Under the pieces are notes generated by a model, which ran no database searches, had not been told where the DNA came from, and saw only the letters and a program-made list of their open reading frames with translations. Below are positions 41,452-51,373 of a stretch of DNA of 64,000 nucleotides, piece by piece. Source of the DNA: a virus; IMG/VR virus record IMGVR_UViG_3300027762_000001; one strand, written 5' to 3'. Position numbers and translations under genes: made by a program. Each line of letters starts with the position of its first letter. Positions within the stretch are counted from its first letter, which is position 1.

Positions 41452-43821
41452 TCATGATTGTATTGTTTGATTTTTAATACTGTTTTTAGGTTTTTTTGTC
41501 AACTTATGTCCTATATATGCAAATATAGATGCGTCTACTAAATTTGATGGAAGAGCTGATAAGGCTGATTTTTTAGGATTGGTAAATAGTGAGTATGTGC
41601 CAACATCCTTTATTACCGAACCTATTGCTCCTGCAACTTTTTCTACAGTATAATTAAAATCTGTTTTTATAGCTTCTTTACATATATTTAAAAAATTATC
41701 TATATCATATTCGGATAATTTATTTATGGATAATATTTCATCTGCAACATCTTGTCTTTTTAATTCATTTAAGACACATGCATATTTTATTGCACTAATT
41801 TGTTTGTCAGTGTATTTTTCTTTTAAAGTTTTATCTATAGATGCATTTTTAAATATATTATTATTTTCATCATCTGCTTTTTTATAATATTTAGATGATA
41901 TATCTTGTAATTTTTTAGATACATCAAGTCCTTTACCTTTAAATGTTTTTACTATTTTTGGAGCAAATGCTTGAAGCACATATGCGTTAGCAGGATTTTC
42001 TGCCATGTATCTGTTAAACCCGCTTAAGTTTTCTCTATTTTTAAGTCTTGACCTTTGAATTGCAGAGTAACCAAATACAGCGGGTAGTCCATAGGCTAAG
42101 GCTTTTCTTGTAGTATATCCTTTACCTAGTAAAGCTGTTTTTTCTATAAACTCATTTGTTAAATTATCTATTGTGTCTCCCTCTATGTGTGATGCAAACT
42201 TTTCAAGCCCATATGTAAAGTTATCAGATGCTAAATGTTGAACTCTTTGCCCTTGGTAGTTGGCATATAATAGTGACGGTATAATATATTTTAAGAAGTC
42301 ACCTATACCATCAGTATCATTTCTCATTAACATTGCTGGCAAGAAATGAGGTGCATTATTAGTTAAAGGTTTGCTTGGCAAATTGGATATTCTATCAACA
42401 AAAAATCTTGGATGCATACTTCTTTGAGGCATCTCATCTTTTACAAAATCCATCATATCATTATATGCTAAATCTTCATTTAGCATAGGCAATCTTCTTT
42501 TTATTGTCACTATTATTGCTTTAACTTTTCCTAATGGATGTTTGCTTCCTCTTACTAAATCTTGTATATTATCTGTAATCGGAAGTATTTTTTCATTTAA
42601 CGTATCAAACATTGAAGGGAAATTTATTAATTTACTTATGTCGTTTCTTGCAACATTCTCATCTGCTATTTCAACACAATTTCCTGGAATATCAATATCT
42701 TTAAATTGTTCTCTAAAGTCAGATGGACTTGACCCTATTAAAGAATTAAATATATCATTAAACTCTAATGGTGTAAGCTCTATTCCTGCAAAGTCTAATA
42801 CTTTTAAAAATTGGTCGAAAGCATCTCTTAGTGGAAGCTCTTTTTTAATGGCAACTCTTTTTATATTTTCTGCAATCTCGACACATTTTTCTTTATTCCA
42901 ATATTCATCATAAAATAATTTTAAAGAACTTCTTAGATTTTCTATATTTTTATATCTATCACTTAACACTTCACCTTCTGCTGAGTTTGTAATTTTCCCA
43001 ACTATTTCTTTTTTTATGTCAGCTATTTTTTGAAGATATTCTTTTTTATTGGATGCTATCTTCTCAGGGAAAATTTCAAGACTATTAAGTATAAGATTAT
43101 CAACTTTATCATTCGCGCATTTTTCAATGCCTATATCCTCGTTAAGAAAGTTTTCTTTTATGCTAGCAACCTTTTTAATATTAGCATCAAAGCAACTCTT
43201 ATCAAGTTTTAAATCTAGAACTTTAGCTGATTTTTCAGCTCCATTTAAAACTGCAGATATATCATGAAATTTTGGCTCAATATTTATTTCAAAAATTTTA
43301 GTACCATCATCTAATACTTGATTCTTCATATTTCTAATATGGTTACAATACTCACTTCTTACTTTGGCTTTATTTCCACAATAAGAGCATACACTATGTT
43401 TTATTCTACATCCCATAGAAACATCAGTCATAAAACCTTTTTCAAATCCTCTAACAATAGTAGGGGCTAACTTTCTATCTACCCTTATTAGAAGTTTAAC
43501 ACATTTCATTTTATCATCCCATTGAGAATCCAAAACATCCCCAATAGCCTTTGATACATCTTTATTTTCGTGGTTTTTAAAAAAGTGAGCTGTTAAAAAT
43601 GTCTTGTAATTTTTCTTTAATTCATCTTCCGGAAAATAATCTGCATTTTTATTCGATCCGTAAAACTCTCCCGCACTTACAGCTTTTACTACCATATAAA
43701 AGAAATCAGAGTCGTATTTAATTCCATCTGGCAATTTAATTGCTGCGGTTTTTATTAAATTATCATCTAATATTTCAAAATTATCTTCATTTAAACTAAA
43801 AGTAGTTGTTTTGTAAAACAA
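41452..43821 (-). CDS. Prohead (capsid maturation) protease, assemblin/HK97-like, with Zn-finger and long C-terminal extension
   Basis: NKNADYF...FKNHEN...DVSMGC (putative His/Ser), CSYCG...YCNH; first gene of the head operon. Confidence 0.7.
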   Translation of the reverse strand: MFYKTTTFSLNEDNFEILDDNLIKTAAIKLPDGIKYDSDFFYMVVKAVSAGEFYGSNKNADYFPEDELKKNYKTFLTAHFFKNHENKDVSKAIGDVLDSQWDDKMKCVKLLIRVDRKLAPTIVRGFEKGFMTDVSMGCRIKHSVCSYCGNKAKVRSEYCNHIRNMKNQVLDDGTKIFEINIEPKFHDISAVLNGAEKSAKVLDLKLDKSCFDANIKKVASIKENFLNEDIGIEKCANDKVDNLILNSLEIFPEKIASNKKEYLQKIADIKKEIVGKITNSAEGEVLSDRYKNIENLRSSLKLFYDEYWNKEKCVEIAENIKRVAIKKELPLRDAFDQFLKVLDFAGIELTPLEFNDIFNSLIGSSPSDFREQFKDIDIPGNCVEIADENVARNDISKLINFPSMFDTLNEKILPITDNIQDLVRGSKHPLGKVKAIIVTIKRRLPMLNEDLAYNDMMDFVKDEMPQRSMHPRFFVDRISNLPSKPLTNNAPHFLPAMLMRNDTDGIGDFLKYIIPSLLYANYQGQRVQHLASDNFTYGLEKFASHIEGDTIDNLTNEFIEKTALLGKGYTTRKALAYGLPAVFGYSAIQRSRLKNRENLSGFNRYMAENPANAYVLQAFAPKIVKTFKGKGLDVSKKLQDISSKYYKKADDENNNIFKNASIDKTLKEKYTDKQISAIKYACVLNELKRQDVADEILSINKLSEYDIDNFLNICKEAIKTDFNYTVEKVAGAIGSVIKDVGTYSLFTNPKKSALSALPSNLVDASIFAYIGHKLTKKPKNSIKNQTIQS

Positions 43822-44019
43822 AAATCTCAGCTCCCTTCTTATCTTCTAAAGATATTATACTACATTGAAACTTGTATTTAAAACAACTTAAATTTTTAGT
43901 TTAAAAATATATATATTATTTCATTTTTTATATACAATTTACCGATAGAATTTCCAGTGTAAAAACATTACATTATTAGATTAGAATTACTGTAAATATA
44001 AACATATATAACCCCCTTC

Positions 44020-44705
44020 TCGGACAAGCTAACTTTTTTTTAGTTAGCTTGTCCGAGTTGTAAAAGTCTGGGAAAATATGCATACTTGTGTTTATAAAAG
44101 TCTGAAAACCATTGATATAACTGTATTGTAAGAAAATTTTTTTCAATATAATTACATAACTAGGTGGACACTTCCATGCTCGAAGTGTCCACAAGTGTCC
44201 AAATACATTTTTTTCCACCACCCTCAAAGTGGCTCTAGGACTACTCCCATTTTTTGAAGTGTCTGCCAGTCAATTAAGTGTCCAGACGAAATCGTTGTGC
44301 GAGTTGAGTTTTAATAATTTTGGACACTTTTGACCCTAAAAAATATAAAGGGGGGTATAAAAAAATTTTTTTGTTTTTTTAAAAAAAAATTATAAAAATA
44401 AAAAAACAAAAAAATTTTTTAGGGGGGGTTTATTTCGTATAAAAAGTGTCCAAGGTTTCTCTTATTATAATAATAATAATAATATAATATATATATATAT
44501 ATATATAGAACGTAATTGTCCGTAAGGCTTTCAGTTTTTACCTGTTTTTACCTTTTCCCAAATATTTGAAAAACTAGGTGGACACTGGGTGGACACTGGA
44601 GGACACTTCAAAATTCCCCAAAAAATGGGCACTAGAGCCAAGCGGGTTTGAGGGTGCTGGAAAATATTAGGTGTGGACACTTCATGGACAGACGTGGACA
44701 CTTTT
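44020..44705. repeat. Origin-like element: 11 GGACACT iterons in nested inverted repeats around A/T tracts
   Basis: See finding; non-coding; at the divergence of the two transcription blocks. Confidence 0.7.
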
Positions 44706-44791
44706 ATTTTTTCAACTGGAAATTATGCTTACAAAACTATATATATAATTTGAGTTTTTCTATATATGTTATTTTAAAAAAATATGTTATG

Positions 44792-44812
44792 ATAGTATAA
44801 GATATAAAAGCA
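44792..44812 (+). promoter_or_regulatory. Repeated intergenic motif ATAGTATAAGATATAAAAGCA
   Basis: Heads the DNA-metabolism block; matches 1719-1739. Confidence 0.5.
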
Positions 44813-44858
44813 AATGATTTTTGCTTTTTAAATTATTTTTTTAAAGGGGGTAATTTTT

Positions 44859-45401
44859 TTGAATATCAATATTCCTGATGATCACAACCCAAAATACAAT
44901 ATTTCTAAAGAGGACCTAGAAAAGGCAAATGAGCTAATTAGAAATATGAGTTTAGAAAAGGGTGATGATTTAGTAATTAAAGATAATATGTTAATTAAAA
45001 AAACAAAGAACTATGATGCAATATGGAAAGCTTTTTTAGATCAGGAAGAAGAGGAATTCAAGAAAAAAATGAAGTATGGGAAAGAGGATATTGAGAGGAT
45101 AGGAGTAAATGAATTTATTGATTTTTTAGATTGGAGGGATGAAAACGACATAAGTAAATGGAGAACTGATACTTTACATGTAATACCTTGTCTTAACTGT
45201 CAAGATGCCTTTGCTATATTTGAACATCTTGCTTTGTGTAAAAAATGTGAAGGCTTATACGATTTAAGTAAATATTGGGAAGATGCAAGACAAGGAGAAA
45301 TAAAAAAAGAAGGCGCATCATATGCTCAACTCCTTAACTTTACATTTAATAAAAGTGTAAGAAGTAAATATCTAAAAGGAGAAAAGGGATGCGAAAATTA
45401 G
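44859..45401 (+). CDS. Hypothetical Zn-binding protein
   Basis: CLNC...CKKC. Confidence 0.6.
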   Translation: MNINIPDDHNPKYNISKEDLEKANELIRNMSLEKGDDLVIKDNMLIKKTKNYDAIWKAFLDQEEEEFKKKMKYGKEDIERIGVNEFIDFLDWRDENDISKWRTDTLHVIPCLNCQDAFAIFEHLALCKKCEGLYDLSKYWEDARQGEIKKEGASYAQLLNFTFNKSVRSKYLKGEKGCEN

Positions 45402-45658
45402 AGAGAACTATTAAAGCTATAGGATTTTATATAGCTTCAACAAATTCAACAATAAGAGATGCAGCTCAAAAATTTGGCATATCAAAAAGTACAGTTCATA
45501 CTTATATGAAGAATAAACTTTTAGAAATAGATTATGGTTTATTTCTAAAAGTAAAAAGAGTTTTACAGCAAAATAAAGAGGACGCCCCAAGGAGAGGTGG
45601 CATAGCTTTAAAGGGGAGGCCATCAAATCATAAAAAAGTGAGGAATTTAGTAGTTTAG
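45389..45658 (+). CDS. spoIIID: SpoIIID-like sporulation transcription factor
   Basis: ERTIK...YI...TIRDAAQKFGISKSTVH...RGGIA matches the SpoIIID pattern. Confidence 0.85.
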   Translation: MRKLERTIKAIGFYIASTNSTIRDAAQKFGISKSTVHTYMKNKLLEIDYGLFLKVKRVLQQNKEDAPRRGGIALKGRPSNHKKVRNLVV

Positions 45659-45660
45659 GA

Positions 45661-46332
45661 GTGGTAGTTATGAAGGTGATTTATGGATTAAAAATGATTG
45701 ACTTGGAGGATATTATGAGTAACTTCAATGTCGGAAGACCATCTGGTATATGTAATTATTTAAAAAATGATATAGAAGAAAATCCAGATATAATAAATGA
45801 ATTTGATAACAAACTCATAATAGATACAAGCTTAGGTGGAGAAAATACAATCCACAATATTTTAAAACCATACAAATTAATATTTATCCCTTTAGATATT
45901 GTAGAAGAAAAAATAATAAGTAGTGGAATAATAAACTACTTAAAAGGTACAATGGGTAGTTTCTTAAACTTAAGAAGGATTTCTAAAATAGAAAAAACCA
46001 TAGAGGATTATAATGATAGATATTTATCGGTTTGTGAAAAATATAAAAATACGGATAAAATCTTGAATTCTACGTGTTGTATGTTAATATTTGAAGGAGA
46101 TGATTTTTTAGATGTAAGAACCGTCACACCTTCTATATTGTTAAAAGAAGTTATATTCAAAAAAGAAGCATATGTTTGTTCTATATGTAAGAAAAATATA
46201 ATTGTTGATAATACTTCAATGGAAGATTTTATACCTGATATGAACTATGAAACAAATGAGAAAAAAGAAATATTTTATTTTTGTAAAAAATGTTGCAAGG
46301 ACAGGCCTAACGCAAAACAAGTTGGAAATTAA
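45661..46332 (+). CDS. Hypothetical protein with C-terminal Cys pairs
   Basis: CSIC...CKKC. Confidence 0.6.
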   Translation: MVVMKVIYGLKMIDLEDIMSNFNVGRPSGICNYLKNDIEENPDIINEFDNKLIIDTSLGGENTIHNILKPYKLIFIPLDIVEEKIISSGIINYLKGTMGSFLNLRRISKIEKTIEDYNDRYLSVCEKYKNTDKILNSTCCMLIFEGDDFLDVRTVTPSILLKEVIFKKEAYVCSICKKNIIVDNTSMEDFIPDMNYETNEKKEIFYFCKKCCKDRPNAKQVGN

Positions 46333-46391
46333 AGAATTTTAAAATAAAATAAAACTTATTTTAAAAATAAAAAAAGAGAGGGGTCAGTAAA

Positions 46392-46667
46392 ATGAATGCA
46401 AGTGATATTATTGAAAAAGTTAGCAAGGATTTAGGTTTACCAAAAACAACAGTAAAATCAGTATTAAAAGCAACAGAGGAAACAGTTTTAGAAGGTCTTA
46501 AGAGTGATAAGTATGTAAAGTTTGGAACGTTAGGTGCATTTAAAAATGCTCACAGAAATGAAAAAGAAGGTATCAATCCAGCAACAGGTGAAGCTATTGT
46601 AATTCCAGCTCATAATACTATAACATTTAAGCAAAGTGCAACAGCAAAAAGATACATCAACGAATAA
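46392..46667 (+). CDS. hup: HU-family DNA-binding protein
   Basis: FGTLGAF...GINPATGEAIVIPA. Confidence 0.9.
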   Translation: MNASDIIEKVSKDLGLPKTTVKSVLKATEETVLEGLKSDKYVKFGTLGAFKNAHRNEKEGINPATGEAIVIPAHNTITFKQSATAKRYINE

Positions 46668-46686
46668 TTAAAAAGGAGATAATATT

Positions 46687-47574
46687 ATGGCGAAAAATAA
46701 CGAATTAATAACAATTGAAGACAAATTTGATAACTCTTTTGGATTAGATTTATTATCTGATTTAAAATCTGATGCATCTATGATAGGTCTTGAAAATTTA
46801 GATGCATCAGATGTAAAAATGCCTAAAATTAAACTTATGCAACCAACTTCATTAGAAGTTACAAAGGGTTTAGTTTCAGCAGGTCATTTTTATAACACTG
46901 TAACAAAAGAGTCATATGAGAGTCTACCATGTATTTTATTATACATGGGTAAAACAAGGGTAAAATGGAAAGATAAATTTAAAAGAGGAGATGAGCCTCT
47001 TTGTAGGTCTTTTGATGGGGAGAAATCCATAGATGGAGTTTTATGTGCAAACTGTCCTGATTCACATTGGGATAACTCTCCTGATGCAGAAAGTAAAAAA
47101 TCATTATGTAACAAATCATTAGTATGGCTGGGATTAATGGATACACCTCAGAAAACTCCTTTTAGAATTATAATGTCTGGAATGAGCGTGTCACCAACTT
47201 TAGATTTTTCCAGTATGTTACTTATAAATAGATTAGAACCATTTTATTTTAAAATAAACTTAACCTCAGAGTTTAAAGAAAATGATAAAGGATCTTTTTA
47301 TGTAGCAAAATATCCCGATATAAGAAATTGCAAAACCATAATTCATGATACATTAGATTCATTAGGATTCACACCAGCAGATGCAAAAGACGCTGTAAAT
47401 GGTCCTATATTCTTAGCAGAAAGAGATAAAAGAATTAAAGAGTTTAAAGATATAGTAGTGTCTTTGAAAGAATTATTCTTCAAAGCTGCAGAGAAAGATA
47501 CTGTAGATATATCAAATGCAATAGAATTAAATCCAGAGCAAGAAACAGAAACAAAAGAAAATGCATTGTTTTAA
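46687..47574 (+). CDS. Putative ssDNA-binding/replication protein
   Basis: GLENLDASDVKMPKIKLMQ; Cys cluster; acidic C-terminus ending in F. Confidence 0.45.
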   Translation: MAKNNELITIEDKFDNSFGLDLLSDLKSDASMIGLENLDASDVKMPKIKLMQPTSLEVTKGLVSAGHFYNTVTKESYESLPCILLYMGKTRVKWKDKFKRGDEPLCRSFDGEKSIDGVLCANCPDSHWDNSPDAESKKSLCNKSLVWLGLMDTPQKTPFRIIMSGMSVSPTLDFSSMLLINRLEPFYFKINLTSEFKENDKGSFYVAKYPDIRNCKTIIHDTLDSLGFTPADAKDAVNGPIFLAERDKRIKEFKDIVVSLKELFFKAAEKDTVDISNAIELNPEQETETKENALF

Positions 47575-47584
47575 TTAAAACTAA

Positions 47585-47632
47585 TTACCGTAGTACTTCT
47601 ATAGAGGTACTACGGTAATATTTATTTTTTTT
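47585..47632 (+). terminator. Intrinsic terminator
   Basis: ATTACCGTAGTAC...GTACTACGGTAAT followed by a T-run. Confidence 0.7.
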
Positions 47633-47644
47633 AGGAGGTGGCAT

Positions 47645-47806
47645 GTGTCATTTGTAACTATAAAAAATAAAGAAAATGGTAATATGTATCACTGCATATT
47701 ATTAGAGAGAAACGATAGTCACTTTTTTGTAGCTGTTAAGTTCCCGGATGAGATTAAGAATACTTGGTGTTCTTGTTCTTACGATTATTGGGAGCTAATA
47801 TTATAA
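47645..47806 (+). CDS. 53-aa hypothetical protein (not in ORF track)
   Basis: SD AGGAGGTG, GTG start. Confidence 0.45.
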   Translation: MSFVTIKNKENGNMYHCILLERNDSHFFVAVKFPDEIKNTWCSCSYDYWELIL

Positions 47807-47826
47807 TGTGGAGGAGTATTTTTGTG

Positions 47827-48372
47827 ATGGATAGTATAAGACCTAAAGTTATAATCATTTCTGGAAATGCAGAACATGGTAAAGATGAACTTGCTAAAAT
47901 TTTACAAGAGAAATATGAAGAAGATGGAAAAAGAGTTTTTACAGTAGCTTATGGAGACTATTTAAAATTTATAGCAGCTAAGTACTTTGATTGGAATGGG
48001 AAAAAAGATGAGAAGGGTAGAGGCTTACTTCAACATTTAGGAACTGAAGTAGTAAGAGAAAGAAATCCTAATTTCTGGACAACTATTGTTAAAATGTTAG
48101 TAGATGTATTTCACGATAGTTTCGACATATTCCTGATAACAGATGCAAGATTTTATAATGAAATATTTGTATTTGCACTTGATGGCTATAATGTATCTAC
48201 TGTATTAGTTGAAAGGCCAGGGCATGAAAATAGCTTAACTGAGAAACAAAGAAATCATAAGAGTGAAACAGAACTAAAAGATTTTAAATTTGAATATATT
48301 ATTAAGAGTAACACTTTAGAAGAATTAGAGGAAAAAACTGATAAGTTATATGAGAGACTTGAAAAGGAATGA
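47827..48372 (+). CDS. Deoxynucleoside monophosphate kinase
   Basis: SGNAEHGKD, RGLLQHLGTEVVR, ITDARFYNE, HKSE. Confidence 0.85.
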   Translation: MDSIRPKVIIISGNAEHGKDELAKILQEKYEEDGKRVFTVAYGDYLKFIAAKYFDWNGKKDEKGRGLLQHLGTEVVRERNPNFWTTIVKMLVDVFHDSFDIFLITDARFYNEIFVFALDGYNVSTVLVERPGHENSLTEKQRNHKSETELKDFKFEYIIKSNTLEELEEKTDKLYERLEKE

Positions 48373-48376
48373 TTTT

Positions 48377-49045
48377 ATGATAGTTATGTCTTTTGATTTA
48401 TCTAGCTCATGTATTGGAGTTGTTTGTGCAAAGATTGAAAATAAAAAAATAAAAAGCATATTATCTTGCCCTATAATACCTCCTAAATTTGACCCTTCAA
48501 GTTTAGGATTTTTATCTAGTAAGAAAAAAATTAAAACAAGTAAAGGACAATTGATAAATGCTTATTTAAAACCTAACGAAGAAACCATATCAAGGCAAGT
48601 TAAAACGCAAAGAGACTCATATGTAAGGTCTCACAAGGACTTATTTGTATTAACTAAGATAAGTCAAGATATAGATAAGTTAGTAGGGGGAATTAAACCC
48701 GATATTATATTAGTTGAAAAAAATAGTATTTTTAATGGAGTTTTAACATCAGTACTTTTAGCAAAAGTAGCTGGAGTTTTACTCGGATTAGCAGGAAGGC
48801 TATCAATACCCGTTAAAGAATACCCTGTTAAAAAAGTTAGAGAACCTCACAATATAGGTAAGTTAATAAAAGACTTTACTAAAAAATATCATGAAGAAGA
48901 ATTGAAAAAGATTCCCGATATAACAAAAAGAGCATTAAGTGAACTTATGGCATATAAATATAATATAAATTTTCAAACAGACGACGAAAGCGATGCCTGT
49001 GTAGTTTTTGACTATTGGTACAATAAAGAGTATTTACAAAATTAA
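48377..49045 (+). CDS. RuvC-like Holliday junction resolvase
   Basis: MSFDLSSSCIG, ILVE, DESDA. Confidence 0.75.
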   Translation: MIVMSFDLSSSCIGVVCAKIENKKIKSILSCPIIPPKFDPSSLGFLSSKKKIKTSKGQLINAYLKPNEETISRQVKTQRDSYVRSHKDLFVLTKISQDIDKLVGGIKPDIILVEKNSIFNGVLTSVLLAKVAGVLLGLAGRLSIPVKEYPVKKVREPHNIGKLIKDFTKKYHEEELKKIPDITKRALSELMAYKYNINFQTDDESDACVVFDYWYNKEYLQN

Positions 49046-49064
49046 AAAGAGAGGGAAAGCTGCT

Positions 49065-51089
49065 ATGCATGAAACTTTAGATACTATATTTCAAAAAGAC
49101 GGCATATTAAATTCAATAAAAGATGATTATATACCTAGACCCTCACAGATAGATGCGGCTCACCAGATACACAGTTCTTTAAATAATGTGGAGCACTTCA
49201 TTTTAGAAGGCCCATGTGGATTCGGAAAAACACTTAGTTATCTGGTTCCGCTATTTGAGTATTTACATAATCATAAAAAAGAGTGTTTCAGAGCAGTTGT
49301 TGTTACCAATGGAATATCCCTACAGGAACAATTATTCCATAAAGATATTCCATTGGTACAAAAGATTTTTAAGAGTATATATTCTAAAGAATTAAATTTT
49401 TCAATGTTAAAAGGACGTCAAAATTATGTATGTGTTAAAAAGATGGACAGCGTATTAGCTAAAGGAGGTCCTAGGTGGCAAGACATAGTTGATTGGTATA
49501 AAGATACAAAGACTGGAGATTTGTCAGAACTTAATTTTGTTCCAGATAAAGAATTATTAGGTGAAATGTCAAGTTTGAAAGATAAGGAATGTTCAGGAAA
49601 AAGATGTGTTTCATATGGAGAATGTTTTTATCAAAAGCAAAAAGTTAAAGCTCAAGTTTCAGATATAATAATTACTAATTATCATTTATTATTTACTGAT
49701 TTAGAAATAGGAAATAATATTTTACTCCCCAAATACAATATCATGGTATTTGATGAGGCTCATGAAATCGCTTCTATTTACAGAGATTTCAATGAAGAGA
49801 AGATATCTTTAAGTATTTTAAAGGCTATATCTAAAGACTATACAGAAAGTTATAACCTTTACAGGGAATACTTATATGATGGGTTTGATGAATTAGAATT
49901 TGAAACTAAATTACTATTTGAAAAATTAACAGGGGAAGGCGAAAAATATTTTGAAAAATATTTTGATTTAAATTTTAAAGAAGATAAATTATCACAAATA
50001 AAGATTTTAAATGAAAACTTAAAAACTCCTGATGATAATCTTTCGGGGCTTATATATGATATATCATCAAATATAGAGGATATAATAAATAAAAATTCTG
50101 AACTTTTAAATCTTCAGGACAATGAATACATGACAAAACATAACAATAATTTATCGTCTATCTTAAGGAGACTTAAAAAGATAGATAAAGCTAAAAGTCA
50201 ATATATGTCAGATAATGAGGTATGTTGGGTTGAGAAAATGCCATCCGAAGAAAATAAATCATCAAGAATATCTGTTAATAAAAAAATAGTTAATATAGGT
50301 AAAATTTTAAGTGAAAAATTATATAAAAGAGATGACTTAATGTGTATTTTTACCTCTGCAACTTTAAGTGCTGGTGGAAGCTTTGATTTTATAAAAGAGG
50401 AATTAGGCATTGATTTATGCGTTAAATCAATCAATGAATTCATAGGTGATTCACCGTTTGATTTAACTAATCAACAGCTATGGTATCTCCATCCTGATTG
50501 TGTGGATGGCAATGATAGAGATTTTGATAAGGTAATTCCTAACATAATAAAAGATATAGTAATGGCATGTAATGGTGGAGCTTTAACTTTATTTACATCA
50601 ATTAAAAATATGAATGATGTGTTTTTAAAAATTAAAAAAGATTTAAATGGTAAAGGTATAACCGTATTAAAACAAGGCTTAAAACCAAGGATGAAACTTT
50701 TAGAAGAATTTAAAGAAAATGTAGATTCTACATTATTTGCAACAAAATCATTTTTTACAGGTATAGATGTAGTTGGGGAATCATTAAGGTGTGTGATAAT
50801 AGATAAATTGCCTTTCCCGTCTCCTACAGACCCTGTAATGATAAAGCTAGGCGAAAAACCAAATGCATTTTTTAAATACTTTATTCCAATAATGATTATA
50901 GCATTAAAGCAAGCAGTAGGAAGAGGAGTAAGGTCTATAGACGACAAATGCATTGTAGCTATTTTAGATAATAGGTTAGCAACAGCAAAATATAAAAAGA
51001 AAATTAATAATAGCTTTAATTATCCAAAGACAGGTACTAGGGATTTAAACGATATAAAGAATTTTCTATTTAAAATAATGCCGGAGTAA
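49065..51089 (+). CDS. DinG/YoaA-family Fe-S helicase
   Basis: PRPSQ, EGPCGFGKT, KGRQNYVC, Cys cluster, DEAH, QAVGRGVR. Confidence 0.9.
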   Translation: MHETLDTIFQKDGILNSIKDDYIPRPSQIDAAHQIHSSLNNVEHFILEGPCGFGKTLSYLVPLFEYLHNHKKECFRAVVVTNGISLQEQLFHKDIPLVQKIFKSIYSKELNFSMLKGRQNYVCVKKMDSVLAKGGPRWQDIVDWYKDTKTGDLSELNFVPDKELLGEMSSLKDKECSGKRCVSYGECFYQKQKVKAQVSDIIITNYHLLFTDLEIGNNILLPKYNIMVFDEAHEIASIYRDFNEEKISLSILKAISKDYTESYNLYREYLYDGFDELEFETKLLFEKLTGEGEKYFEKYFDLNFKEDKLSQIKILNENLKTPDDNLSGLIYDISSNIEDIINKNSELLNLQDNEYMTKHNNNLSSILRRLKKIDKAKSQYMSDNEVCWVEKMPSEENKSSRISVNKKIVNIGKILSEKLYKRDDLMCIFTSATLSAGGSFDFIKEELGIDLCVKSINEFIGDSPFDLTNQQLWYLHPDCVDGNDRDFDKVIPNIIKDIVMACNGGALTLFTSIKNMNDVFLKIKKDLNGKGITVLKQGLKPRMKLLEEFKENVDSTLFATKSFFTGIDVVGESLRCVIIDKLPFPSPTDPVMIKLGEKPNAFFKYFIPIMIIALKQAVGRGVRSIDDKCIVAILDNRLATAKYKKKINNSFNYPKTGTRDLNDIKNFLFKIMPE

Positions 51090-51102
51090 ACCGGCATTAT
51101 TT
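51073..51102. terminator. Bidirectional terminator-like hairpin
   Basis: AAATAATGCCGG-AGTAAA-CCGGCATTATTT. Confidence 0.6.
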
Positions 51103-51125
51103 ACAAAAAAGGAGGTTAGTAAATC

Positions 51126-51212
51126 ATGGATAATATTAAGAAATACTTATTTTTAATACCACTGTTACTAATAATAAAAGCAAGTGCTCATCTTAGCAAA
51201 GATAAAAAATAG
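51126..51212 (+). CDS. 28-aa hydrophobic peptide (not in ORF track)
   Basis: SD AAGGAGG; MDNIKKYLFLIPLLLIIKASAHLSKDKK. Confidence 0.55.
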   Translation: MDNIKKYLFLIPLLLIIKASAHLSKDKK

Positions 51213-51260
51213 TTTAACTTGTATATTAAATATTATATAATATTTAATATACAAGTTAAA
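51213..51260. repeat. Perfect 48-bp palindrome
   Basis: TTTAACTTGTATATTAAATATTAT|ATAATATTTAATATACAAGTTAAA. Confidence 0.9.
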
Positions 51261-51373
51261 GTTTTATTGCACTAATTTTCACCTTACCTCTACATTTAAC
51301 GCAAAAAGTCTTTTGCTGAAAGGAGGTTTCTTGAAAATTTTTTTTTAAAAAAAATAGACAAGGGGGAAAATTT

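Noticed and set aside
43976-44227. 83-aa ORF in the origin-like region, and the many short antisense or overlapping ORFs in the track (e.g. 556-777, 37469-37702, 50471-50953, 63093-63485)
   Set aside because: Shadows of real genes or of repeats; no convincing SD or recognisable motifs
44150-44705. CRISPR array
   Set aside because: Repeats are 7-15 bp, in both orientations and irregularly spaced; no cas genes
49065-51089. Type IV CRISPR CasDinG
   Set aside because: No csf/cas genes or array nearby; context is phage DNA metabolism
51268-51350. Riboswitch upstream of the papain gene
   Set aside because: Only a small hairpin and an SD-like AAAGGAGGT before a 5-codon ORF; no match to riboswitch consensus sequences I recognise
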